32,000 nt of DNA. Origin: Haloquadratum walsbyi C23. GTDB lineage: Archaea > Halobacteriota > Halobacteria > Halobacteriales > Haloferacaceae. A model generated the notes under the pieces. That model did no database searches. It was not told where the DNA came from and saw only the letters and a list, made by a program, of their open reading frames with translations. Of the stretch, positions 7,584 through 17,600 are shown one piece after another; position 1 is the stretch's first letter; each line of letters starts with the position of its first letter. A program made the translations under genes and the position numbers. The stretch lies in NCBI RefSeq assembly GCF_000237865.1, contig NC_017459.1, positions 2,250,001 to 2,282,000 of the forward strand, written 5' to 3'.

Positions 7584-7608
7584 TACTTCACTAGCCTTGT
7601 TGAGCGAT

Positions 7609-8379
7609 TCACAACCCTGTTGGATGGTCAATAAATGTCGTCTCAACTCCCCATGATTCAATTATTTCGCCAACATGTCTGACGCCAAACGTCTCAGTTG
7701 CGTAGTGTCCAGCAAGGAATACAGTGACTCCCAGTTCCCGCGCCTCATGATATATTTTCTGCTTTCCTTCACCTGTAATGAACGCGTCAACATCAGTTGC
7801 TGCAGCTTCATCGAGCCAGTCAGCCCCTGAACCAGTAACAATAGCAATACTCTCAATTGAATCGGGACCAAATGGAAGCACTTGTACCGATTGATCGTCG
7901 GTATGAAGCGTTTCAAGTCGTGATTGTATTGTTTCAGTTGCTACTGAATCATCAAGATATCCGCGACATCCGATTGTTACTGACCCAAGTTCACCAAAGG
8001 CGGTTCGCGAATCAGGATTCAAATCAATATAATCGGCAAGACCGGCTGCATTTCCGAGTTGACAATGCCCATCGAGCGGGAGATGTGAGACATATAGATC
8101 AATATCAGCACTCATGAGCGACTCAATCTGTGCATACTCACGTCCGGTTACACGGTCGATTCCGCCCCAACTGAGACCATGGTGGGTAAGGAGTAAATCA
8201 ACGTCTCGTTCGATAGCGATATCAATCGTTGCCATCGCAGCATCAACAGCAACAGCAACAGTATTAATATGACCGTTAGTTGTGCCAACCTGAAGTCCAT
8301 TCATACTGGCATCAACATCAGCGTATGCTGCCGTGTCAAGTCGGTCGTCGAGGCGAGTAATGAATGTTTGTTCCTCCAT
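7609..8379 (-). CDS. NIF3-family (YbgI/DUF34) dinuclear metal-centre protein
   Basis: 256 aa. Readable motifs are NGLQVG, DLLLTHHGLSW, YVSHLPLD and GHYATE, the conserved His/Asp/Glu metal ligands of NIF3 homologs. Confidence 0.85.
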   Translation of the reverse strand: MEEQTFITRLDDRLDTAAYADVDASMNGLQVGTTNGHINTVAVAVDAAMATIDIAIERDVDLLLTHHGLSWGGIDRVTGREYAQIESLMSADIDLYVSHLPLDGHCQLGNAAGLADYIDLNPDSRTAFGELGSVTIGCRGYLDDSVATETIQSRLETLHTDDQSVQVLPFGPDSIESIAIVTGSGADWLDEAAATDVDAFITGEGKQKIYHEARELGVTVFLAGHYATETFGVRHVGEIIESWGVETTFIDHPTGL

Positions 8380-8457
8380 ATTTAATTATTTGATGAGCGC
8401 TGATTTGTATATTCGGACAGAGATGAGAGTATATTAGATATTTTTACCATGTTCGAA

Positions 8458-8514
8458 GTGGAGTCCCCTTCCTCAAGAAGTGAGTAAGACGAACGAGTAG
8501 GGAGAGGAGGAAAT
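8458..8514 (+). repeat. dispersed intergenic repeat, copy B
   Basis: Sequence gtggagtccccttcctcaagaagtgagtaagacgaacgagtagggagaggaggaaat. Over the 44-nt core it differs from the reverse complement of copy D at 5 positions. It shares a 19-mer with copy C. Confidence 0.75.
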
Positions 8515-8575
8515 CGTCCTATAATACCGAGTTTGAGTCAATTGATATAATGTCGCGTTAAGATATAATTTCCAA

Positions 8576-10474
8576 CTATCCAACAAACGGTGGTGTGGCT
8601 GTTGGAAGTGAAATAAGCCAAAGGCTGACGATTGTATATCCCATCATCACGAAGATGAAAGGGTACTGGCTGCGAATTGCCTGTAATCGACTTGGAAAGA
8701 GTTGATACGCCGTTGAGTGTGCGACCCAAATTGCAATGAGATGTCCGACAAGAACAAAAACAATATTAAAAGCTGAAATCCAGGCTGGAAGCGTCAGTAT
8801 AATCGGATTTGATGGTGGTGTAAACGGCGAGACAACTGCGTCAAATAGCGATGGTGACAGTGATAGAAAGAACCCAACATAGTGTGCGAGATGATATCCA
8901 ACAGCAATTGCAATGAGTGATGGGGCGAATGCAACAGTGAGGTCATCTGCTGACCACGTTGTGAGTAACCGGTTCGATGCGATGCGACCAGCAAGCACAA
9001 ATGCAGCGTAAAATGTGATGAATCCGCCAATGAACAGACTCAGATATGTAATCACCGGCGGGATACCACCCGCGACAATGGTCCGGATTATCGCACCACC
9101 TTGTGTCGTTGTTACAAACCCACTGAAGGTAAGTTCCCACACGAGCATAATGGCAACTGCAACATCCGAGCGATCTTCAATGAGTGGTGGGGACTCCCTA
9201 AGACACTCACTCGATGACGACGCTGCGCTGTCGGTATACTCCGATTGTGATTGTGAGTGCGTTGTCGTCTCAGCCGTATCTACCTGATTAGCCCCACCGT
9301 CGGCGATTGTTTCTGATGATACGTGCTGGGTTTCGTTTGTGACTGTTGGATCAACACGGCTGTTACCGACGAGAGTCATCGCAGGAATACTCACTCGAAG
9401 TTGCCCGTTGGTCCATTTGAGTGGTGCCGCACGGGAGTAGAATCTAAAAAATACCGACACTGGATCGATATTTCGAAACCACGCTTCCTGAAAGATCATA
9501 GCACCGATGATACTTACGAGGAGATATCCGAAAACGACCAGCGCTAGTAACGTTGGACGGGCAGTAACACCAGTTGTCGTCTCAATCCAGATTAGTCCAA
9601 AGAGCCCGCAAAGCGCCGGCCATCGACCAAAGCGTGAGGGGTATGGAATTTGAATTGAACGAGGTATAGTTGGAACCGCTCTAGTAATGCTGCGTGCTGG
9701 ATTAAGTACCGTCCAGACATTTCCAAACGCATATGTCACGATAGTAATTCCTGCACGGAATCCAGCAAATACAATGATAATAGCGACATTTACCGTTGGA
9801 ATCTGCGGTCCAGTCAGCCCACGGACAATAATAATCGTCGCAAGAAGGATACCGATAGCTGCTCCAAAGTGACGTCCCCAGTGATAGAGAGGATGCCATG
9901 ACGAAAGCGTACTTCCCCACGTATGGATTCGATTAAGCAACCGTCGGTCCGTAATAAACCCAGCAAGAAGCGCAGAGGCACCAATCGCAGCCCCACCGGT
10001 AGCAACATACAGCCACCGTGGGATTGAAAGTGCATTTTCAGATGCCTCCGATAATCCGACTGCGGCGTTACTCGCCGCTGTCTCCCCGCTGAACATACCG
10101 ATGAGTGAGATTATACTTATTAACGCAACAATGAGATAGCTTCGAAAGCATACTAATGTTGAGTATCCTACCCTAGAAATGTCAATATACTGTCTCAATG
10201 TTATGCTGTGAGTTTCATCAGTACGATTTTGATTTGAGCTAGAATCAAGCTGACCCAGATCGGTCGATGGGTCGCTGATACACGGTAGCGAAGAGTCGAT
10301 ATTATTTGATGAGGGGCACTGAAACACATAGCGATAATCAGACGTGTCTGTAATAGGAGCTATTAGTTGATTTTCCGAAACGTCTTTTAATTCGCATAAA
10401 TCGGGTGTACTAGCCCTGATTCTGATTTGATCGTTACTAGGACGCATAGATGACGTATAAAAATAGGAATCCAA
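8576..10474 (-). CDS. polytopic membrane protein (about 12 predicted TM segments), function unknown
   Basis: 632 aa with many long hydrophobic segments and a hydrophilic Ser/Thr-rich insert in the middle. An alternative start, MRPSND at 10447, overlaps the stop of the upstream ORF (tATGcgtccTAG), which suggests translational coupling. The N-terminal ~110 aa are non-acidic, so the start is uncertain. Confidence 0.75.
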   Translation of the reverse strand: MDSYFYTSSMRPSNDQIRIRASTPDLCELKDVSENQLIAPITDTSDYRYVFQCPSSNNIDSSLPCISDPSTDLGQLDSSSNQNRTDETHSITLRQYIDISRVGYSTLVCFRSYLIVALISIISLIGMFSGETAASNAAVGLSEASENALSIPRWLYVATGGAAIGASALLAGFITDRRLLNRIHTWGSTLSSWHPLYHWGRHFGAAIGILLATIIIVRGLTGPQIPTVNVAIIIVFAGFRAGITIVTYAFGNVWTVLNPARSITRAVPTIPRSIQIPYPSRFGRWPALCGLFGLIWIETTTGVTARPTLLALVVFGYLLVSIIGAMIFQEAWFRNIDPVSVFFRFYSRAAPLKWTNGQLRVSIPAMTLVGNSRVDPTVTNETQHVSSETIADGGANQVDTAETTTHSQSQSEYTDSAASSSSECLRESPPLIEDRSDVAVAIMLVWELTFSGFVTTTQGGAIIRTIVAGGIPPVITYLSLFIGGFITFYAAFVLAGRIASNRLLTTWSADDLTVAFAPSLIAIAVGYHLAHYVGFFLSLSPSLFDAVVSPFTPPSNPIILTLPAWISAFNIVFVLVGHLIAIWVAHSTAYQLFPSRLQAIRSQYPFIFVMMGYTIVSLWLISLPTATPPFVG

Positions 10475-10688
10475 AATATAACACGACCAACACCCCTAAT
10501 GCACGAATACGGAATGAACGAATTGCGGCTGATTCAGCGGCATATGCCTCGCGATATGCATCTCGTTCGTCTTTCGTCATTGCTTCTGGATGTCGAACGC
10601 CACAATGGAGGATGTGATGGTCCGGTGTATAGAAGCGTCGTCCACAGATACCACAGCGATATTCTGAGTTTGGTGTCTCCGGCGACAT
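10437..10688 (-). CDS. small membrane-anchored C2H2 zinc-finger protein
   Basis: 83 aa. YRCGICGRRFYTPDHHILHCGVRH fits the classical C-X2-C-X12-H-X4-H pattern. The C-terminal ALGVLVVLYFGFLFLYVIY is a single TM helix. The gene is packed between two genes on the same strand, 2 bp from the upstream stop and overlapping the downstream gene. Confidence 0.7.
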   Translation of the reverse strand: MSPETPNSEYRCGICGRRFYTPDHHILHCGVRHPEAMTKDERDAYREAYAAESAAIRSFRIRALGVLVVLYFGFLFLYVIYAS

Positions 10689-10690
10689 AA

Positions 10691-11818
10691 TTAGCGCATT
10701 TGGAACGTGAGTGAAACGGGATTCATATTCATAAATGCAGTTTCATATCCATCGTGTCTGGCTATCTGAGGTGGTATTGCTGTTGTGATTTCAAGCGTAA
10801 ATTCATTTGACATGGTATTCGACTGGTGAATAAAAGCAGGAATTGATGTCCCGTAGTGATACCCAAGAGTTGGGTCAAGCGTTCGTGTAAGCGTTTTTGT
10901 CGCAATTGACTCATCATGCTGTGATATCGTTGTGTCTATTTGCATCATTGGAAGTATGATATTATTATATGGGGTCCGAGCAGAGACAGCCAGATACGGA
11001 GTATCAGGGTTATTATTAGATTGTCTGTTGATCTCAGTATCAGTCATTATGAACACGTCGAAGTGTGCATCATCAGCAACGCGCGTTCCTATATGATGAT
11101 CCGGGATTGTATCGATAAGTGAGGTCCGTCCGGTAGGGACACCATTCATTGACACCGGGTCGATTGCGCCAGATGTTCCCCCGTTTTTCGGCTGTCCAAT
11201 CGATATATCATATATTTCATCAGTCCGAAACGTGAACGGGAACGTCGCTGTTTTGACCGATCCAAACGCATTTGTGAATGAACCGGTCCGACGAAGTGAC
11301 ATCCCCCCAATAGTGACATCTGCACTATACTCACCTTCTCCATCCAGACTGTAATTTGATCCATAATGGAGTCCCATCTGTTGTGAAATCATAGGATAGG
11401 CAACTTCCTGAGTGATCAACTCACCATCACGTCGAATACTAATCGTGACACCAGAATCTATGGGGAGTGGCTGTTTGGTCTTTGTATCCCAAAGGGAAGC
11501 CATTAGATGAATGTCATCATCTGGCTTAACTGGTGTTTTTTGCTTTTTCTGACCCGCAAGTGTCCAAAATCGATGTGGATATGAATACATCAACGCAACA
11601 CCATAGCGACCAGCAGTTGTTCGACCGTACATATTCATGCCTTCAGTAATTGCGGGAATATATACACCATCCGGACGGTCTGACACTAATGGTGGGTCTC
11701 GCCATGCTGACTTCCTCTCAAAACCAATTTGCTGAAGACATCCAGCAGAACTTGCCAACGCTAACGACGCAGTACTTGCGAGTAGTCCACGCCGAGTAGC
11801 TGATAATGATGATGGCAT
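10691..11818 (-). CDS. Tat-secreted lipoprotein with two P19/FetP/Tp34-like (Fe2+/metal transport, Pfam Iron_transport-like) domains
   Basis: 375 aa. It has a twin-arginine signal TRRGLLAS followed by the lipobox SAGC. The first domain shows DDDIHLMASLWD and YPMISQQMGLHYGSNYSLDGEGEYSADVTIGG, which resemble the DIHLEADIH and PM..dG.HYG.N motifs of the P19/Tp34 family. The second domain repeats the pattern (DAHFDVFI ... LDPTLGYHYGTSI). Confidence 0.7.
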   Translation of the reverse strand: MPSSLSATRRGLLASTASLALASSAGCLQQIGFERKSAWRDPPLVSDRPDGVYIPAITEGMNMYGRTTAGRYGVALMYSYPHRFWTLAGQKKQKTPVKPDDDIHLMASLWDTKTKQPLPIDSGVTISIRRDGELITQEVAYPMISQQMGLHYGSNYSLDGEGEYSADVTIGGMSLRRTGSFTNAFGSVKTATFPFTFRTDEIYDISIGQPKNGGTSGAIDPVSMNGVPTGRTSLIDTIPDHHIGTRVADDAHFDVFIMTDTEINRQSNNNPDTPYLAVSARTPYNNIILPMMQIDTTISQHDESIATKTLTRTLDPTLGYHYGTSIPAFIHQSNTMSNEFTLEITTAIPPQIARHDGYETAFMNMNPVSLTFQMR

Positions 11819-12261
11819 TGTTCTCTAATTGAATTACTACGGGAAGCCGAATTATCTTTCCGAAAGTTGAATCAAAAATTAAGCTGAAATTGAGCTAAAA
11901 TGAGGTAGTATATACGTATTCAATCTATATTCCAGCAGTTTGACTATACACCTTCTTATATTTCAACAGAGTGAATACAACCTCCTCAAATTCCCGAGCG
12001 AGAGAATAATAAAGTGCACAATCTGTCTGATGTTATGATATGTGTCTATGACTATCTTCTTGATTGCATTCTCAATGAAATATCATTTTCTGTTGAACAT
12101 TGTCTCGATCACAGACACAGATCATGCCTCAGAGCGCTGTCAGGCGATGTGTATCGAGATGGCATATAGAACAGAATCGTGTGACATGTACAAGCTAATG
12201 AGTCATAACTGAGATGTATGTGTGTTGGGAAAGTACAAAATACTGACAAGTAGCCGAGAGC

Positions 12262-13131
12262 CTACAAAAATGACTCAATATATTCTGCAACCTCATCAGG
12301 AGTGTTGCCAACTGGAACATCGGCGTCGGTGAGTGCATTGATTTTTGACTCAGCCGTTCCGGTCCCCGAACCTGAGACGATTGCTCCTGCATGACCCATT
12401 CGTTTTCCTGGTGGGGCAGTCCGTCCAGCGATAAATCCTGCGACTGGTGTATCCATCTGTTCAGTAATGAATGCAGCAGCTTGTTCTTCATCTTCACCAC
12501 CGATTTCACCACACATTACAACAGCCTCCGTGTGGGGGTCCGATTCAAATGCATCAAGTGTGTCGATAAATGATGTGCCAACAATTGGGTCACCGCCAAT
12601 GCCAATTGCTGTTGTCTGCCCAATATCTCGATCGGTGAGGTTCGAGACAACCTGATATGTCAATGTTCCTGATCGAGAGACTAATCCGACACTTCCTGGT
12701 TCAAAGATATTACCAGGGAGAATACCGAGCTTTGTTTGACCAGGCGTAATAATTCCAGGACAGTTTGGTCCAATAAGTCGGGTGTCAACTTCAGAGAGTC
12801 GTTGGTGCACCTTCGTCATATCTTGGGTTGGAATTCCCTCTGTGATGGCAACAACAAGCTCAAGATCAGCGTCAAGTGCCTCAAAAATAGCATCGCTTGC
12901 GAATCTTGGAGGGACAAAGACAACTGCCGCATTCGCATCTTCAGTTCTGACAGCTGCATCAACCGTATTATAGACAGGGACACCATTGATTTCATCGCCA
13001 CCTCTACCCGGGACTGCACCAGCAACCACGTTTGTCCCATATGTAATCATTTCACTGGTGTGGAATTTCCCTTCCCCACCGGTTATTCCCTGTACAACAA
13101 CGCGTGTCTCATCGTCAACAAAGATGCTCAT
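12262..13131 (-). CDS. sucD: succinyl-CoA synthetase (ADP-forming) alpha subunit
   Basis: 289 aa. Readable motifs are [19 protein letters not shown], the catalytic His in GHAGAIVSG, and GGDP. Its start overlaps the sucC stop by 4 bp. Confidence 0.95.
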   Translation of the reverse strand: MSIFVDDETRVVVQGITGGEGKFHTSEMITYGTNVVAGAVPGRGGDEINGVPVYNTVDAAVRTEDANAAVVFVPPRFASDAIFEALDADLELVVAITEGIPTQDMTKVHQRLSEVDTRLIGPNCPGIITPGQTKLGILPGNIFEPGSVGLVSRSGTLTYQVVSNLTDRDIGQTTAIGIGGDPIVGTSFIDTLDAFESDPHTEAVVMCGEIGGEDEEQAAAFITEQMDTPVAGFIAGRTAPPGKRMGHAGAIVSGSGTGTAESKINALTDADVPVGNTPDEVAEYIESFL

Positions 13132-14273
13132 TGATGAACCTCCTGTGCATTGATCACTGCTTGTTCAACCGCATCTTCGAGTGTCGCCTCAACCTCAACA
13201 CGGTCAGTATTCAGAATCTCCATACCTTCTTCAGCGTTTGTTCCAGCGAGTCGGACGACGACATCTTTTGGAATTGTATCGAACTTTTCAAGTGCTTCAT
13301 TGATACCTGTTGCAACTTCGTCACCCCGTGTGATTCCTCCAAAAATGTTGAACACAATAGCATCCACATTATCATCGGTAAACACCATATCAAGCGCATT
13401 TGCAACGCGTTCAGCCTTTGCACCACCACCAATATCAAGGAAGTTTGCCGGAGATCCGCCATAATAGTCAACCAAGTCAAGCGTCGTCATGACAAGTCCA
13501 GCCCCATTTCCGATGATTCCAACATCCCCATCAAGTCGGACATAGTCAAATCCATATTCGTCTGCTTTTATTTCAAGATCATCACCGGCGGCGGTATCCT
13601 CCATGCTGGCAAGTTCCGGTTGTCTGAAGAGCGCATCTTCATCAATATTCATTACTGCATCAGCCGCAACCACGTCTCGGTCAGTTGTGATCATGACTGG
13701 ATTAATCTCGATCTCAGACGCATCTGCGGATTCATATTGTGTATACAATGTTGAAAGGATGTGAGCGACATCTGAGGCAACATCACTGGGGACACCGGCA
13801 TCATAGACAGCACGTCGAGCCTGATACGGATGAAGACCAAATACAGGATCAATATGTTCGCGGGCGATTGCATCTGGTGTCTCCGCAGCAACCGACTCAA
13901 TATCTACCCCACCTTCAGTTGAGACCATCGCAACGGGTTTGCCACTGCTGCGATCCATCGTAATGCCGATGTATAATTCATTTTCAAAATCAACACCAGC
14001 TTCGACAAGAACGCTATTGACTGTATAGCCCTTAATCTCCATCCCAAGAATCTCTTCGGCGTACGCTTTCGCCTCCTGCTTGTTACTCGCAATTTTAATG
14101 CCGCCGGCTTTTCCGCGACCACCAACATGCACTTGTGCTTTAATTGCTGCTGGGTATCCAATGTCTTCGACTGCTGTCAAAACCTCATCAGATGATGTTG
14201 CACGTTGTGAGTCAGGCACCGGGATTCCGGCATCGGCAAAGAGTTCTTTTGCCTGGTATTCGTGTAAGCGCAT
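13128..14273 (-). CDS. sucC: succinyl-CoA synthetase beta subunit
   Basis: The canonical N-terminus [20 protein letters not shown] starts at internal Met48 of ORF 13128..14414. A TTTATA box lies on the minus strand about 28 nt upstream of this ATG. The ATP-grasp and CoA-ligase motifs are present throughout. Confidence 0.9.
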   Translation of the reverse strand: MRLHEYQAKELFADAGIPVPDSQRATSSDEVLTAVEDIGYPAAIKAQVHVGGRGKAGGIKIASNKQEAKAYAEEILGMEIKGYTVNSVLVEAGVDFENELYIGITMDRSSGKPVAMVSTEGGVDIESVAAETPDAIAREHIDPVFGLHPYQARRAVYDAGVPSDVASDVAHILSTLYTQYESADASEIEINPVMITTDRDVVAADAVMNIDEDALFRQPELASMEDTAAGDDLEIKADEYGFDYVRLDGDVGIIGNGAGLVMTTLDLVDYYGGSPANFLDIGGGAKAERVANALDMVFTDDNVDAIVFNIFGGITRGDEVATGINEALEKFDTIPKDVVVRLAGTNAEEGMEILNTDRVEVEATLEDAVEQAVINAQEVHQ

Positions 14274-14298
14274 CGTCTCAGTGACTGAGGGGAGTGTG

Positions 14299-14304
14299 TA
14301 TAAA
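14299..14304 (-). promoter_or_regulatory. candidate TATA box for leaderless sucCD transcript
   Basis: TTTATA on the minus strand is centred about 28 nt upstream of the chosen sucC ATG (14273). This spacing is typical of haloarchaeal leaderless mRNAs. Confidence 0.45.
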
Positions 14305-14699
14305 TCCCGTTCATCTCCGATGGATGCTGAGTCAATGGGGATTCGTCTCACCGACGTGACTGCACCGATACGTCTGTTCCCCCTTGCTTCGTTTGGATAA
14401 ATGGGCGATAGCATGTAGGTTATGAGAATTGTATACCACTTTCACTCCGCTCTCAACAGATTCATATTCAACTCTCACATTACATTGAATGCTTCGTTGC
14501 GAGCAGTCGGGTCCTGTTGGGTTGCATTGAAACCTTCGAGAATAAAGGGGAAGAAGCTTCATTTCAGCGCACAGGTCGGAGACAGAACTGTTATCCCTCA
14601 GGCCCACCGCAACTATCATCGACACAAATGATCCGAAATGAGTCATGCAATCGAATCGTATCTGCCCGGCACACTGTTGCTGAGCAGGAGGAATTGTAG

Positions 14700-17600
14700 A
14701 TGGACACACACGACGTTGATGCAGACGAGCTAGAATTACCAATCAAACGCACCACTGGTGAGACGATTGAACAGCGGTTAACAGATAACGCGTATCATAA
14801 TATTCTTCCAGCACGATACCTCCGGAAGGATGCAAACGGTGACCTTGCTGAGAGTCAAGAAGAAATCTTTGAGCGCGTTGCTCAAAACGTTGCTCTCGCA
14901 GAGGCTGTCTTTGAGGCTGATAAGCAGGATGCTGAAATCACAGTTACACCAGACCAACTCAAGCCTGACCATCCGCGTCGGGATGAACTCGCGGAGGAAG
15001 TATTTGGTGCTGGTGCGGATGCAGCTGATACTGTAACAACGACCCTATCCGTATATAATGTCAATAAATTCGCATATGAGACAATTGTCCCCGAACTTCC
15101 CGATGAGGTCCAACATCATGTAAAGAGTGTTGCTGATGAGTTCGAGGACCTGATGAGTCGATTGTCGTTTATGCCAAACTCGCCAACGCTAATGAATGCT
15201 GGCGATGAACTTCAACAGTTGTCAGCCTGTTTTGTTGATTCACCGAGTGATGATATCTCGGATATCCACCAGACAGCAAAAGAAGCTGCTGAGGTTTTCC
15301 AGTGTCTTACCGCAGACTCGACTGTGATGCTGAAAGAAAAAGGGATGGTCAGTGTTTCAGAAGTCGAAACTGGGGACCAAATCGCACAGCGATCCGACAC
15401 TGGATTCCAATATAAACCGGTAGAGGAAACTCATGCGTATGAGAACGCGGAGACACTCACAGTCACGCTCACCAACGGATGCAGTATTCGTGGGACACCC
15501 AATCATCGTCTCATGGTTGATGATGAGTGGACTCGGATTGATGAAATTCAACCCGGTCAAGAAGTCCACTATACGCTTGGTTGGTTACGAGAGACAAGCC
15601 AAAGCCCACCTAAACTTCATCCTCAGTCTCATACCACCGTCAATCAGACAGCGGATTCGATATCGCCTGATAGCTCGGAACCAATAGAGCTGTGCGAGAG
15701 TGAAAACGCTGATACAGGTAATCGACATAACTCGGCTGTTGCTGTCAAACAATCCCGCACTCAAGCGCAATTGATTTCAGACGAAGTTGTATCCAGACCC
15801 GAACACACTCGACGTCCAGATCAATTGAGTGAGGAACTCGCCGAACTCCTTGGGCTATGGATTGATACTGGATTGTGGCATCAAAGTGGGGTTCAATTCA
15901 ACGTTGAGCGTGAGAATATTGCTGAATATATCGATCAGCTCTCACAGCAACTGTTCGATACGCCGGCAGCAATATCAGATGCCGACGGGACGTATACGGT
16001 TGATATCACCGATCACAAGCTCAAAGAATGGTGGAAGGCAAACTTCGGGGGGAAGCCAGATGGAACACAATCGAGTTATGTTCCGCAGATGATCAAAGAG
16101 GCACCTACAAATGTGATTGAAGCATTCCTTCGGGGGTGCTTTACCGCTGAAGGGGGGCTTCGTAAGGACATGCGACCGAGGCTCTGTACTTCCTCAGAGA
16201 ATAGTATTGACGACATTGCAGTCTTGATGATGGGTCTTGGCTACCCAGTTGAAAAGTCCGTTATTCGAAATGCGGACGGTGAGCCATATTACAGCGTGAT
16301 GCCAGCGACTGATGACGGATTAAGTGCGTTTCTCCATGATGTCGGATTCATTGATGAACGACGTGAGATTGGTCTCTCAAATATTGAATCGAGTGGCTCT
16401 CGTGCTCTCGATAATACACATAAAATCGAAGTCGAGTCCGTCGTTGAATCTCCGCCCGCAACCGTCTATGACATTACCGTTGCAGACAATCACGAATATG
16501 TCACAGATGGAATCGTCTCGCATAACAGCGGTGGTGGAATGGGCTATGCTTTCTGGAAGCTTCGCCCATACGGTGATTCAGTTGGATCGACAGGTGGCAT
16601 TGCTTCCGGACCGATTACATTCATGCGCACATACGATCAGATGTGCGAGACGATTGCACAGGGTGGTGCCAGACGTGGCGCACAGATGGGAGTTATGCGA
16701 ATCTCACACCCTGATGTCATCCAGTTCATCCATGCAAAAAATAAGGATGTGTCACTCGCACATTCATTACGACTGAACGACCCTGATGATTTCACTCACA
16801 CTTCATTTGCCGACGCGCTTGAAGAAGCCCGTGAACTGATTGATGAAGAAGGGCGTGTCCCTGAACATCTCCGGAATGCCGTTGAAGGTCATCTCTCGAA
16901 TTTCAACATTTCAGTCGGTGTTACCGATGAGTTCATGGAGGCACTATTTGCGGATGAAGAGTTCACGTTCACGAACCCGCGCACTGAAGAGCCACATATT
17001 GCCACACCAGAGACAAAGGAATTATATGAACTCCATGATCTTGGCGAGCATGTCGAGGTTGGAGAAGAACTCTCAGTCCCTGCAGAGGAGTTGTGGGATC
17101 ATATCGTCAGCGGGGCGCATGAGAATGGTGAACCAGGCGTAATTTATCTTGAGCGTGTCAACAAAGAGCACTCGTTCGACGTGGAGAAACATTCCGAGCA
17201 TGAAATATTGGCAACAAATCCATGTGGTGAACAGCCACTTGAAGAGTACGAGGCATGTAATCTTGGGCACATTAACCTCTCAACATTAGCCGATAAAGAC
17301 GCCCCTGACTGGCGAGTCTGGTATGACAATAATGGCGACGCATACAATAATCTCGATGACGCCGCTGAGGCGTTTATTTACGAGGCTATCGATATGAATG
17401 CGTTTAATCGTCGAATTGAATCAGGTACTCGATTCCTTGAGAACGTGGTGACGATGTCAGACTTCCCGGTTGATGAGATTGAGGCAACCGTTCGTGATAT
17501 GCGGAAGATTGGTCTCGGGATTATGGGACTTGCTCAACTGTATATCCAGATTGGCGTTCGATATGGTTCTGAAGAGGCTAATGCCATCGCCGAGCAGTTG

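Noticed and set aside
13104-13754. Long antisense or overlapping ORFs inside real genes. Examples are 13104-13754 (+) in sucC, 19793-20368 (-) and 17823-18386 (-) in nrdJ, 1956-2456 (-) in tif2b, 24915-25280 (-) in crtD, 29272-29781 (-) and 30278-30643 (-).
   Set aside because: Their products are basic, Cys/Ser/Arg-rich or low-complexity, unlike the acidic proteome. Each lies opposite or out of frame to a gene with clear family motifs.
14274-14414. N-terminal extensions offered by the ORF track for sucC (47 aa), crtD (26134-26226), cruF (23748-23792), hmgB (30252-30374) and the acidic protein (29244-29327).
   Set aside because: The canonical family N-termini start at internal Met codons. The extensions are AT-rich or non-acidic. 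For sucC and crtD, TATA-like boxes sit about 28 nt upstream of the internal ATG.
14530-14620. Cobalamin riboswitch upstream of the B12-dependent nrdJ. The pieces aggggaag, caggtcggagac and gcccaccgcaactat loosely resemble the GGGAA, B12-box and GCCCGCAACTGT elements.
   Set aside because: The pieces occur in the wrong order relative to the riboswitch consensus, and none matches well. I also do not know of a validated cobalamin riboswitch in haloarchaea. An Rfam scan would be needed to revive this.
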